A DNA stretch of 60,070 bases from Candidatus Spechtbacteria bacterium (GCA_016188605.1 JACPHP010000016.1:1-60070); one strand, 5' to 3'; shown: positions 34,951-42,959, counted from the stretch's first letter. Numbers and translations: made by a program. Notes: generated by a model not told the origin, from the sequence alone.

Positions 34951-35454
34951 ATGGACTGGTACGCAATTCTTGTCGTGGGGCATATCATTGGCGTTGTGCT
35001 CGGCGTGGGCGGCGAAACATTTGCCGAGATTTTTCATTTGCGCGCAATGCGAGACGGTCAGATTGATGCGGTCGAGGGAGATTTTTTAAAAACGACCTAT
35101 CGCATTCTGCGAGCAGGGCTTCTCCTGCTCGTCTTATCCGGTTTTGGATTCTTGTTGTATTATCGGCTTACCGGCCAATCTGAACTTATATACCAAGCGC
35201 ATTTTTTGGCTAAATTGACTATTGTCGGCATACTCTTGGCTAACGCCGTGATGATGCAGGCAAGAAAAATGCCGCTTTGGCTTGGCAGCGCCATTTCACT
35301 CACATCGTGGTACGGAGCGCTTATTATTGGCGCGTGGGGAAGTGGCATTGGAACTTCGTATTTTACTATTATGGGGATGTATATTATTGCGATAGGCGCG
35401 GTGGCGGTGGCGATGAGCTTCGTAAGAGAATTTTTAGGCGTTAAGTTGCCATAA
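34951..35454 (+). CDS. integral membrane protein, unknown function
   Basis: About 4-5 TM helices. ATG at 34951; the track uses TTG at 34942. Confidence 0.65.
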   Translation: MDWYAILVVGHIIGVVLGVGGETFAEIFHLRAMRDGQIDAVEGDFLKTTYRILRAGLLLLVLSGFGFLLYYRLTGQSELIYQAHFLAKLTIVGILLANAVMMQARKMPLWLGSAISLTSWYGALIIGAWGSGIGTSYFTIMGMYIIAIGAVAVAMSFVREFLGVKLP

Positions 35455-35455
35455 T

Positions 35456-35911
35456 ATGTCATTATTCTTTAAATTCGCGTTGATTGACCATGTGTTGTAT
35501 GGATTGCTGGCAATAGCGTGTTTTTACGTTGCGTGGCTGTGGGTTTTAAAACAAAAACCGCCAGTGTCATCTCTGCGCAAAGTAACTTTCGCGGGGTTTA
35601 TTCTTTTTGTTTTGTCGTGGCTGGCGGGGGGAGATTATTATCTTCATTACTACGGGCAGTTCGTTAAACCAGTTATTAAAGCCGGCCAGTATAGCTGGGC
35701 GCATACCGTGGGTATGGAAACTAAAGAACACATATTCCTTTTTTTGCCGTTTCTTGCGTTAAGCGTGTTTGCAACGATTTGGTTTGCGGGAGAAAGACTT
35801 GAAACCAACCCTGCGCTGAAACGCGCGCTAACTTATGTTACTGGTCTTGTGATGGTGCTAGGTACAGCCATTGCAGTTATCGGGATGATTATTTCCGGCG
35901 CAGTTAGGTAA
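35456..35911 (+). CDS. integral membrane protein, unknown function
   Basis: 4 TM helices. Its start is 1 nt after the previous stop. Confidence 0.65.
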   Translation: MSLFFKFALIDHVLYGLLAIACFYVAWLWVLKQKPPVSSLRKVTFAGFILFVLSWLAGGDYYLHYYGQFVKPVIKAGQYSWAHTVGMETKEHIFLFLPFLALSVFATIWFAGERLETNPALKRALTYVTGLVMVLGTAIAVIGMIISGAVR

Positions 35912-35936
35912 CGCAAATAGCAATGAACAGCGAACA

Positions 35937-36386
35937 ATGAACAACACAAACTTAAATCCTAAATCAAACCAGCTTTACGCGGTGCTTGTTAGCGCGGTAG
36001 GCGCGGTCGTGTTTACGACTTTTGTTATAGTTGCCTCGTATTTATGGCCCTCAGTGCAATCATGGCTCGCTAAAATATTCTCGCATCACTGGATAGGAAA
36101 GAGCGTTCTTGCAACAGGATTTTTCTTTGTTAGTCTTGCTATAAACATGGTAGTTATGAAAATGCGCCCGCAGGCAGATTCGGCCCCCTCGACTACTTCG
36201 ACTGGTTCGACCCCTTCGATAAACTCCCCGCAATTTTATTCGGGGCAGGCAGGGCAAGCAAGCTCACTGCAGGCAACCGACGAGAAAATTGTAAGAATGC
36301 TTTGGAAATTGTTTTGGTTTTCGCTTGTCGGCACAGCGCTTATTTTTGGACTAAACACGTACGAAACATTTTTGGCGGGGAAGTGA
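35937..36386 (+). CDS. membrane protein with a Ser/Thr/Pro-rich insert
   Basis: TM helices flank a low-complexity segment encoded by the repeat at 36204-36251. Confidence 0.6.
   Translation: MNNTNLNPKSNQLYAVLVSAVGAVVFTTFVIVASYLWPSVQSWLAKIFSHHWIGKSVLATGFFFVSLAINMVVMKMRPQADSAPSTTSTGSTPSINSPQFYSGQAGQASSLQATDEKIVRMLWKLFWFSLVGTALIFGLNTYETFLAGK
36204..36251. repeat. hairpin-containing element embedded in frame in a CDS, copy 1
   Basis: ggttcgaccccttcgataaactCCCCGcaattttattCGGGGcaggca. The second copy is at 42344-42392. Confidence 0.85.
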
Positions 36387-36396
36387 TAAATAAAAA

Positions 36397-36442
36397 CAGC
36401 AAAGTAAAAAGTCCGGTCGTGGCCGGACTTTTTACTTTGCTG
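36397..36442. terminator. long bidirectional terminator
   Basis: gcaaagtaaaaagtccgg-tcgt-ggccggactttttactttgc. Confidence 0.8.
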
Positions 36443-36513
36443 TCGGGGTGCCGAGAATCGAACTCGGACTACAACCACCCCATGGTCGCGTACTACCACT
36501 ATACTACACCCCG
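36443..36513 (-). tRNA. tRNA-Pro (anticodon GGG), CCA not encoded
   Basis: Reverse complement is CGGGGTGTAGTATAGTGGTAGTACGCGACCATGGGGTGGTTGTAGTCCGAGTTCGATTCTCGGCACCCCGA. C1-G72 and A73 are typical of bacterial tRNA-Pro. G37 and a TTCGATT T-loop are present. Confidence 0.88.
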
Positions 36514-36977
36514 CATTCCGACATTAAAAAGAAATAACTCCAATGTACCGTCATGCCAGCAACAGTATATTTCTCGCTATAGCCAAGGTGCGCTGGGAAT
36601 TTTTTAACGGAAAGCGCCTCGCCTTGCGAGAGGCTTTCCTAAAATTCCCGACTAAAGCAAAGCAGTTTGCTTTAGTCCTCAATCAAAAAATTGACGCTGT
36701 CATGACTACCCCGGGTTCTTTTGAACCCGTCACCAAGCTCCAAGTATTCGCTTGGTGACCCCCAGCCTCGCGTACTGCCACTATAAATGGCAACGAGGAA
36801 GAAATGAAAATGGCAGAGAGAAAATAATCATTTTATTTTCTTGAAGACAATTTCATTTCGACCGAGTGAACCATTTATATCCGCAGATATACTACGCCCC
36901 GCCTTCGCTCCGCCAAACGGAGCTACGGCGGGCACAGCCCGCTCTATACACGCTTTTCGTCTCGTACTAAATACTAG

Positions 36978-37169
36978 TTATTTCGCTACTAGCGCTGTTT
37001 TTTTCATGCACTGCGTGCATGCCTTAACACGCTTCCCTGTGGAAAGTTTTATCCATTGCAGATTGGGATACTTCCTTTTCTTGGCCGTAAAGTTATAATG
37101 ACCACGCAGGAGTTTTCGTTTTCCTTCAAGGTGTGATCCTTTTCCGCACACCGTGCATGTTTTTGCCAT
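36978..37169 (-). CDS. rpmB: 50S ribosomal protein L28 (Cys4 zinc type)
   Basis: MAKTCTVCGKG..G......H....KR.YPNLQ...L.TGKRVKACTQC. Confidence 0.88.
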   Translation of the reverse strand: MAKTCTVCGKGSHLEGKRKLLRGHYNFTAKKRKYPNLQWIKLSTGKRVKACTQCMKKTALVAK

Positions 37170-37233
37170 AGTTCAAGATTTATCTATAATAGGGGTACTA
37201 TATGTCAATTTTACGTTTTGTGCAAGACGGACT

Positions 37234-37531
37234 GAATTTTCAATGATCAATTTACAATTTTCAACGTATAGTTGCGTGGCAACCACGTTGCTTTACGCAA
37301 TCAATGACCTAAGGCTCTAATTTTCTCCGCCTGAGACGCCTGCCCGCCTCTGGCGGGGATCAGCCTTAGCGTAAAATTACATTTTGTTGTAATTTTTGTT
37401 AAACGTAGAAATACATTTTTTTGTATTTCTTGCTCCGGCTGAAAACACACGATGAGTCATTGTAAAATTGAAAATTCATTGCGTAGAGCAACGTGGTTGC
37501 CACGCAACTCTACGTTGTAAATTAAAAATTG
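37234..37531. repeat. 298-bp MITE-like element: ~75-bp imperfect terminal inverted repeats around the CCGCC module
   Basis: The left arm (37234-37308) pairs with the right arm (37456-37531). The centre carries ctaattttctccgcctgagacgcctgcccgcctctggcggggatcagcc at 37317-37375. No ORF. Confidence 0.6.
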
Positions 37532-37551
37532 GTGCTTGAACATTTTAAATT

Positions 37552-37866
37552 ATGGATGTAACTTTCTTTAATTCAAGCATAGAAGAATTTTTATCATCTA
37601 TAAATACAGATTCTTCTGCTAAATCTTACAGGCAAATAAAGCTACTTAGAACATTCGGCGATAAGTTGCGGATGCCATACTCCAGACAAATCTCAACCAA
37701 TCTATATGAGTTACGCGTACATGCTCGCCAAGAAGTTAGGTTGTTGTATTGCTTTTATAAGCAAAAGGCGGTTATATTACATGTTTTCATAAAAAAATCT
37801 CAGAAAACTCCTAAAAAAGAGATTAGTATTGCGCAGGGCAGAATTTCTGCGTTGACGACCTTATAA
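37552..37866 (+). CDS. type II toxin, RelE/HigB-like (phage Gp49-like family)
   Basis: ..LYELRV....EVRLLYCFYKQKAVILHVFIKKSQKTPKKEI..A pattern. The toxin-first order is typical of HigBA. Confidence 0.78.
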   Translation: MDVTFFNSSIEEFLSSINTDSSAKSYRQIKLLRTFGDKLRMPYSRQISTNLYELRVHARQEVRLLYCFYKQKAVILHVFIKKSQKTPKKEISIAQGRISALTTL

Positions 37867-37888
37867 CATATATGTTATACAAAACTAT

Positions 37889-38173
37889 ATGGAAAAATTT
37901 CAACCTGTATCATTTGATAAATCTTTAGCCAAAGCCCTTAAAGATCCTAAATTCAAAAAGGCATACGATGCCATGGATTTAGAGTTTAGTATTATTGAAC
38001 AGGTTATTAGAAGGCGATTAGAGAAAGGAATGAGCCAGAAACAGTTGGCAAATAAAATTGGCACTAAGCAATCTGCAATTTCCAGGCTTGAGGGCGGTAG
38101 CGCTAATCCGTCTGTAGCTTTTTTAGAAAAAGTATCTAAAGCTCTGGGCGGAAAATTGCGTATTTCAATTTAA
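37889..38173 (+). CDS. XRE-family HTH antitoxin (HigA-like)
   Basis: MSQKQLANKIGTKQSAISRLEGGSANPSVAFLEKVSKALG helix-turn-helix. Confidence 0.85.
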   Translation: MEKFQPVSFDKSLAKALKDPKFKKAYDAMDLEFSIIEQVIRRRLEKGMSQKQLANKIGTKQSAISRLEGGSANPSVAFLEKVSKALGGKLRISI

Positions 38174-38174
38174 T

Positions 38175-38825
38175 ATGGAAATCATTCTCTTTCTCGTCAT
38201 TCTCATTTTTTCTGTTGTTGTGCACGAAGTTTCGCACGGCCTCGCGGCTAACGCTCTTGGCGACCCTACGGCTCGCATGATGGGGCGGTTGACATTAAAC
38301 CCTATCGTGCACATTGACCCAATAGGTTCTATAATAGTGCCTTTGATGTTGGTAATATCGGCACAACTTGGCGCGCCCTTGATGTTGTTTGGCTGGGCAA
38401 AGCCGGTGCCATATAATCCTTACAATCTTTCAAATCAGCAGTGGGGGCCTGCGATGGTGGGGCTAGCGGGCCCTGCGGCTAACTTTGCCATTGCAATAGT
38501 GTTTGGCATCGCGTTGCGTTTTCTACCATTATCATCCCTGGGGCAAGGAACTCCACTTGATGCTGTAAGTGTTGTATTTAGCGTTATTGTGTACCTCAAT
38601 CTTGTTCTTGGGGTTTTTAACCTTATGCCAATTCCGCCGCTGGATGGCTCCAAGCTATTATTCGCAATTCCGGGATTGCCTTGGCAGGCAAAAATATTCA
38701 TGGAGCGTTACGGGCTTATACTCGTTGTCATGTTTATCGTTCTAGGATTTTCAGCGGCAATTTTTCCGATTGTCTCGTTTCTTTTTCAGATAATCACAGG
38801 TCATCCAATAAATTTGTTTTTCTAA
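38175..38825 (+). CDS. site-2 protease family (peptidase M50) membrane metalloprotease
   Basis: HEVSHGLAA (HExxH), multi-TM, and NLMPIPPLDGSK. Confidence 0.85.
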   Translation: MEIILFLVILIFSVVVHEVSHGLAANALGDPTARMMGRLTLNPIVHIDPIGSIIVPLMLVISAQLGAPLMLFGWAKPVPYNPYNLSNQQWGPAMVGLAGPAANFAIAIVFGIALRFLPLSSLGQGTPLDAVSVVFSVIVYLNLVLGVFNLMPIPPLDGSKLLFAIPGLPWQAKIFMERYGLILVVMFIVLGFSAAIFPIVSFLFQIITGHPINLFF

Positions 38826-38859
38826 CGGGGTTGACAATCAACGCTATTTCGCATAAATT
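38821..38859 (+). promoter_or_regulatory. reused promoter core, copy 3: tctaacggggTTGACA-N17-TAAATT; leaderless geometry for rpsL
   Basis: -35 at 38831-38836 and -10 at 38854-38859. The rpsL ATG at 38866 lies 7 nt after the -10 element. Confidence 0.55.
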
Positions 38860-38865
38860 GGCTCT

Positions 38866-39294
38866 ATGCCCACAATACATCAGCTTGTAAAGCGATCTCG
38901 TAAAAATCCTAAGAAGAAAAATAAAACGCCGGCGCTCCGACGTAATTTTAATGTACTGAAAAATCGTCCATCATTAAGTTTTTCTCCATTTAAGAGGGGC
39001 GTATGCACGAGCGTAAGAACAGTCACTCCAAAGAAGCCGAACTCCGCTTTGCGTAAAGTGGCGCGCGTGCGCCTGACTAACGGCATGGAAGTTACAGCCT
39101 ACATCCCGGGCGAAGGTCACAACCTACAAGAACACTCAATTGTTATGATTCGAGGCGGCCGCGTGAAGGACTTGCCGGGTGTGCGTTATCACATTGTCCG
39201 TGGAGTGCTGGACGCTTCAGGAGTTGAAGGCCGAAAGAACAGCCGATCTATGTATGGAACTAAGAAAAACGCAGCAGTTAAAGGTAAAAAATAA
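38866..39294 (+). CDS. rpsL: 30S ribosomal protein S12
   Basis: [24 protein letters not shown] and [10 protein letters not shown]. Confidence 0.98.
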   Translation: MPTIHQLVKRSRKNPKKKNKTPALRRNFNVLKNRPSLSFSPFKRGVCTSVRTVTPKKPNSALRKVARVRLTNGMEVTAYIPGEGHNLQEHSIVMIRGGRVKDLPGVRYHIVRGVLDASGVEGRKNSRSMYGTKKNAAVKGKK

Positions 39295-39416
39295 ATTTAA
39301 AATGCAAATCTCAAACCTCAAAATGACAATTAAAAATGAAAAATTTACGTCGTTAGTTAGTTTTACATTTTACACTGTAATTTTGAGATTTGAATTTTAA
39401 TTTTTGAGATTGAAAT
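39295..39416. repeat. word-built hairpin spacer (caaaatgcaaatctcaaa words)
   Basis: aaaatgcaaatctcaaacctcaaaatg pairs with gtaattttgagatttgaattttaatttttgagattg. Confidence 0.75.
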
Positions 39417-39881
39417 ATGCGTAAGTCAAATATTGCAAAGCGCGTTGCTTCACCCGATCCAAAATTCAACAACCCCACCATTGGTAAGTTTATAAACTAT
39501 ATAATGGTGGAAGGCAAGAAGTCTGTTGCCCGACGCGTGGTGTACGGCGCGTTTGATATTATTGCGGAAAAAACAAAAAAAGATCCGATTGAGATTTTTG
39601 ACGAAGCGTTGAAAAACGCAGCTCCTTTGATGGAGCTCAAGTCCCGCCGCGTTGGTGGCGCTAACTACCAAGTGCCTTTGCAGGTGCGCGGAGAACGCCG
39701 TTCTATTATCGCTATGAAGTGGATTATTAACGCCGCGCAGGCCAAGAAAGGCGCCCCGATGGCAAAGAAACTTTCTGATGAACTAATGGCTGCGGCGCGT
39801 AACGAAGGCGCCGCGATTAAGAAGAAAGAAGATACCCACCGCATGGCACAAGCTAATCGCGCATTTTCACATTTTGCTTAA
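39417..39881 (+). CDS. rpsG: 30S ribosomal protein S7
   Basis: DPKF.N..I.KFIN.IM..GKKS.A..V and RRVGGANYQVP. Confidence 0.98.
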   Translation: MRKSNIAKRVASPDPKFNNPTIGKFINYIMVEGKKSVARRVVYGAFDIIAEKTKKDPIEIFDEALKNAAPLMELKSRRVGGANYQVPLQVRGERRSIIAMKWIINAAQAKKGAPMAKKLSDELMAAARNEGAAIKKKEDTHRMAQANRAFSHFA

Positions 39882-39898
39882 GCGAAACCTGAGAAAGC

Positions 39899-40006
39899 AA
39901 TGCCAAAGTCCAAATTATAAAGACCAAATCAATGTCAAAATCCAAAATCCAAAGTTTTGACATTAGGGCATTTGGACTTTATTTGTAATTTGACATTTGG
40001 ACTTTG
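39899..40006. repeat. word-built hairpin spacer (caaagtccaaat words)
   Basis: aatgccaaagtccaaattataaagaccaaatcaatgtcaaaatccaaa pairs with ttttgacattagggcatttggactttatttgtaatttgacatttggactttg. Confidence 0.8.
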
Positions 40007-40019
40007 AATTATTTTTTTT

Positions 40020-42128
40020 ATGCCTCGTCTCTATACTCTTGAAAAAACACGAAATATCGGCATTATCGCACACATTGACGCGGGTAAAACTACAGTTACC
40101 GAGCGTATTTTATTTTACACTGGTATTTCCCATAAAATAGGCGAGGTGCACGAGGGCGCCGCGATTATGGACTGGATGGAGCAGGAGCGAGAGCGCGGCA
40201 TTACTATTACTTCCGCGGCCACGACTTGTTTTTGGATTCCGACAGAGTTTCCTCGCGACGATAAAAGCCATGAAAATCGTTTTAATATTATAGATACTCC
40301 AGGGCACGTGGATTTTACCGTAGAAGTAGAGCGCTCTATGCGCGTGCTGGACGGCGGCGTGGTGGTGTTTGACGGGGTTGCTGGCGTTGAGCCACAATCA
40401 GAAACAGTATGGCGACAGGCGGACAAATACCGCGTGCCACGCATTTGTTTTATAAATAAACTTGACCGCATGGGCGCTAGTTTTGATCGCAGCCTTCAGT
40501 CTATCAAAAATCGTCTCACCACAAACGCGGTGGCAATCCAAATTCCAGTAGGTGAAGAAAGCAATTTTAATGGCGTTATTGACTTACTGACGCAAAAACA
40601 CGTCCGTTTTGAGGGCGAGCACGGCGAGCGCATAATTCATGAAGAAATCCCAGCGAACTTAAAAGAAAAAGCAGATGCGATGCGCGCCGTGATGATGGAA
40701 AGGATTGTAGAACAAGACGACAGTTTGATGGAGCGATATCTAAACGGAGGTGAAATCAGCGTGGACGAGCTTCGCGCGGTGTTGCGCAAAGCAACAATTG
40801 CAAATGATCTAGTGCCTGTTTTGTGCGGAAGCGCGCTGAAAAATCAGGGCGTACAGCTCATGCTCGATGGTGTAGTTTACTATTTACCAAATCCGACAGA
40901 AACCCACGAGATTAAAGGGGAAGACCCTAAGACTGGAGAAGAAGTTCGCCGGAATATAGCGGATACCGATCCGTTTACTTCTCTTGCTTTCAAAATCGCA
41001 AACGACCCCTTTGTGGGCCAGTTGGTGTACTTTCGTGTTTACGCCGGAGTGCTTATGAAGGGTTCGTATGTGTTGAACGCCAGCACCGGCAATAAGGAGC
41101 GCATTGGTCGCATCGTGCGTATGCATGCAAATCAGCGAGAAGAGGTGGACGAGGTATATGCGGGGGATATCGCGGCGGCAGTTGGACTGAAGGGTACAAC
41201 TACCGGTAACACGCTTTGTGATCCCGACCATCCGATTCTTCTTGAAAATATTGTATTCCCAGAGCCAGTTATTTCCGTGCGCATTGAACCGAAGACTCGC
41301 GCCGACCAAGAGAAGATGGGTATCGCGCTTCATCGCCTCACGGAGGAAGACCCGACCTTCCGAGTCAGAACCGACGAAGAAACTGCCGAGGTTATTATCT
41401 CCGGCATGGGCGAGCTTCACCTTGAGATTATCGTTGATCGCATGATGCGCGAGTTTGGCGTGCAGGCAAATATCGGCAGGCCGCAAGTTGCGTATCGCGA
41501 AACTATTAAAAATACAGCAGAGGCAGAAGGAAAATATATTCGCCAAACCGGCGGTCGCGGACAATACGGCCATGTGTGGCTTCGCGTGGAGCCGATGGAG
41601 CAGGGAGCAGGCTACGAATTTATTAATGCTATTAAGGGAGGTATTATTCCCCAAGAATATATTCCTGCGGTTGGAAAGGGCGTGAAGGAAGCGATGGATC
41701 GCGGCGTGCTGGCAGGGTTTCCCATGGTTGACGTTAAGGTTACGCTTTATGACGGATCTTACCATGACGTTGACTCTTCTGAAGCGGCCTTTAAGATTGC
41801 GGGTTCTATCGCATTTCAAGAGGCAACGCGCAGCGCAAAGATTGTTCTCCTTGAGCCGATTATGAAAGTTGAAACTATTACGCCGGACGATCACCTCGGG
41901 GATGTTACGGGCGATTTGAGTTCTAAGCGCGCGCAAATTGAAGAAATGGGCGAGCGAGGAATCTTGAAGACCGTACACGCTCTCGTGCCACTTGCGGAAA
42001 TGTTTGGCTACGCAACACAATTGAGGTCAATGACACAAGGTCGAGGAAGCTACAGCATGGAGTTTAGCCACTACGCGGAGGTGCCGAATAATATCGCGAT
42101 GGGGATTGTGGAAGGGAGGAAGAAGTAA
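40020..42128 (+). CDS. fusA: elongation factor G
   Basis: [15 protein letters not shown] and DTPGHVDF, with all five EF-G domains. 702 aa. Confidence 0.98.
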   Translation: MPRLYTLEKTRNIGIIAHIDAGKTTVTERILFYTGISHKIGEVHEGAAIMDWMEQERERGITITSAATTCFWIPTEFPRDDKSHENRFNIIDTPGHVDFTVEVERSMRVLDGGVVVFDGVAGVEPQSETVWRQADKYRVPRICFINKLDRMGASFDRSLQSIKNRLTTNAVAIQIPVGEESNFNGVIDLLTQKHVRFEGEHGERIIHEEIPANLKEKADAMRAVMMERIVEQDDSLMERYLNGGEISVDELRAVLRKATIANDLVPVLCGSALKNQGVQLMLDGVVYYLPNPTETHEIKGEDPKTGEEVRRNIADTDPFTSLAFKIANDPFVGQLVYFRVYAGVLMKGSYVLNASTGNKERIGRIVRMHANQREEVDEVYAGDIAAAVGLKGTTTGNTLCDPDHPILLENIVFPEPVISVRIEPKTRADQEKMGIALHRLTEEDPTFRVRTDEETAEVIISGMGELHLEIIVDRMMREFGVQANIGRPQVAYRETIKNTAEAEGKYIRQTGGRGQYGHVWLRVEPMEQGAGYEFINAIKGGIIPQEYIPAVGKGVKEAMDRGVLAGFPMVDVKVTLYDGSYHDVDSSEAAFKIAGSIAFQEATRSAKIVLLEPIMKVETITPDDHLGDVTGDLSSKRAQIEEMGERGILKTVHALVPLAEMFGYATQLRSMTQGRGSYSMEFSHYAEVPNNIAMGIVEGRKK

Positions 42129-42132
42129 ATTC

Positions 42133-42202
42133 TGTCTACCGACAACAGCTTACCGACGACCGTCTCGTGACGGTTAGCGGTCAGCGGTTGACGGTAGTCA
42201 AC
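42133..42202. repeat. accgac-word hairpin spacer, copy 1
   Basis: tgtctaccgacaacagcttaccgacgaccgtc pairs with gttagcggtcagcggttgacggtagtcaa (the 29-mer 42173-42201 is shared with copies 2 and 3). Confidence 0.85.
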
Positions 42203-42212
42203 TTTATTAAAT

Positions 42213-42548
42213 ATGTGGGAATCACTCAAAAAGTTTATACATAGCAATCATGATCGTATAGTCGTTGTTGAGGATAACGAGCCGCGGTACGTGATAATGC
42301 CAATTGCAGAATACACGGCTTTGATAGAGAGGGGGCGGCAGGCGGATTCGACCCCTTCAATAAACTCCCCTCAATCTAATTCGGGGCAGGCACCGCAGGC
42401 AGACTCAACCGAGGCGCTGCAAAAGGTGAACAATGCGCTTCAAGAGGCACACGAGTCGGAGTCACTGATATCTCCTCCGATTGTGCCTCAAAAAGAGCCA
42501 GAGGACAGGCGTAGATCGGGGATTAGTATAGAAGACCTGCCTATTTAA
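42213..42548 (+). CDS. hypothetical protein inserted between fusA and tuf; N-terminus faintly Phd/YefM-antitoxin-like
   Basis: RIVVVEDNEPRYVIMPIAEYTALIE resembles the Phd/YefM beta-strand/helix pattern (weak, by eye). The C-terminal half is low-complexity and encoded by the repeat at 42344-42392. Confidence 0.5.
   Translation: MWESLKKFIHSNHDRIVVVEDNEPRYVIMPIAEYTALIERGRQADSTPSINSPQSNSGQAPQADSTEALQKVNNALQEAHESESLISPPIVPQKEPEDRRRSGISIEDLPI
42344..42392. repeat. hairpin-containing element embedded in frame in a CDS, copy 2
   Basis: ggattcgaccccttcaataaactCCCCtcaatctaattcGGGGcaggca. Same reading frame as copy 1 (DSTPSINSPQ.NSGQA). Confidence 0.85.
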
Positions 42549-42712
42549 TGTCAAAGTCCAAATTACAAATGACAAAAGAATGTCAAAATCTAAAAATTCA
42601 AAATTGTTAACTTTGACTAAATGCCCTAATTTTCTCCGCCTGAGACGCCTGCCCGCCTCTGGCGGGGATCAGCCTTTGGCTGAGACATTTGGACTTTGAA
42701 ATTTGAGCTTTA
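42549..42712. repeat. caaagtccaaat-word hairpin enclosing the CCGCC module, copy 3
   Basis: The arms tgtcaaagtccaaattacaaatgac.. and ..gacatttggactttgaaatttgagc flank 42626-42674, which is identical to 37317-37365. Confidence 0.8.
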
Positions 42713-42723
42713 AATTGCATCTA

Positions 42724-42751
42724 TTGACGTAATCATAAATATAAGTAAAAT
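42724..42751 (+). promoter_or_regulatory. promoter TTGACG-N16-TAAAAT for tuf (about 200-nt leader)
   Basis: -35 at 42724-42729 and -10 at 42746-42751. Confidence 0.5.
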
Positions 42752-42806
42752 ACATCTTGTGTCCTTAACTTACCTTTTTGCTCAGTAGACACTGACGCGA
42801 AAAGCT

Positions 42807-42927
42807 AGGGCTTACGCGTTTGGATGAGATGCTAGGCGCGGACGAGCAGCCGACCGAGACGTACTAAAGTACGTTGAGGAAGGAAGCGCAGTCCGCAACA
42901 ACGCAGATCGCCAAACGCGTAAGCCCT
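42807..42927 (+). ncRNA. structured element A in the tuf leader
   Basis: 17-bp closing helix agggcttacgcgtttgg/ccaaacgcgtaagccct, inner gcggac/gtccgc, and hairpin ACGTAC-taaa-GTACGT. Its homologue is at 31988-32110. Confidence 0.55.
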
Positions 42928-42959
42928 ATAAGCAATAAACTAACTAATAAATAAAATAT

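Noticed and set aside
36753-36763. tggtgaccccc looks like the reverse complement of a tRNA 3' end (GGGGGTCACCA)
   Set aside because: No T-arm (GTTCGAATC-type) or cloverleaf can be drawn from the adjacent sequence. It is part of the caccaagc/gcttggtg hairpin.
40884-42020. Long antisense ORFs: 378 aa opposite fusA, 174 aa opposite ftsZ (25272-25796), 155 aa opposite tuf, 171 aa opposite mfd, and 166/165 aa opposite dprA
   Set aside because: They lie entirely within well-supported conserved genes on the other strand. They have Arg/Ser/Cys-rich compositions that are not protein-like, and no initiation signals.
42790-42830. Hammerhead-like CUGA..GAAA strings (cactgacgcgaaaagc, ggatgag) near element A
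   Set aside because: The three-stem hammerhead topology and the conserved CUGAUGA/GAAA spacing cannot be satisfied.
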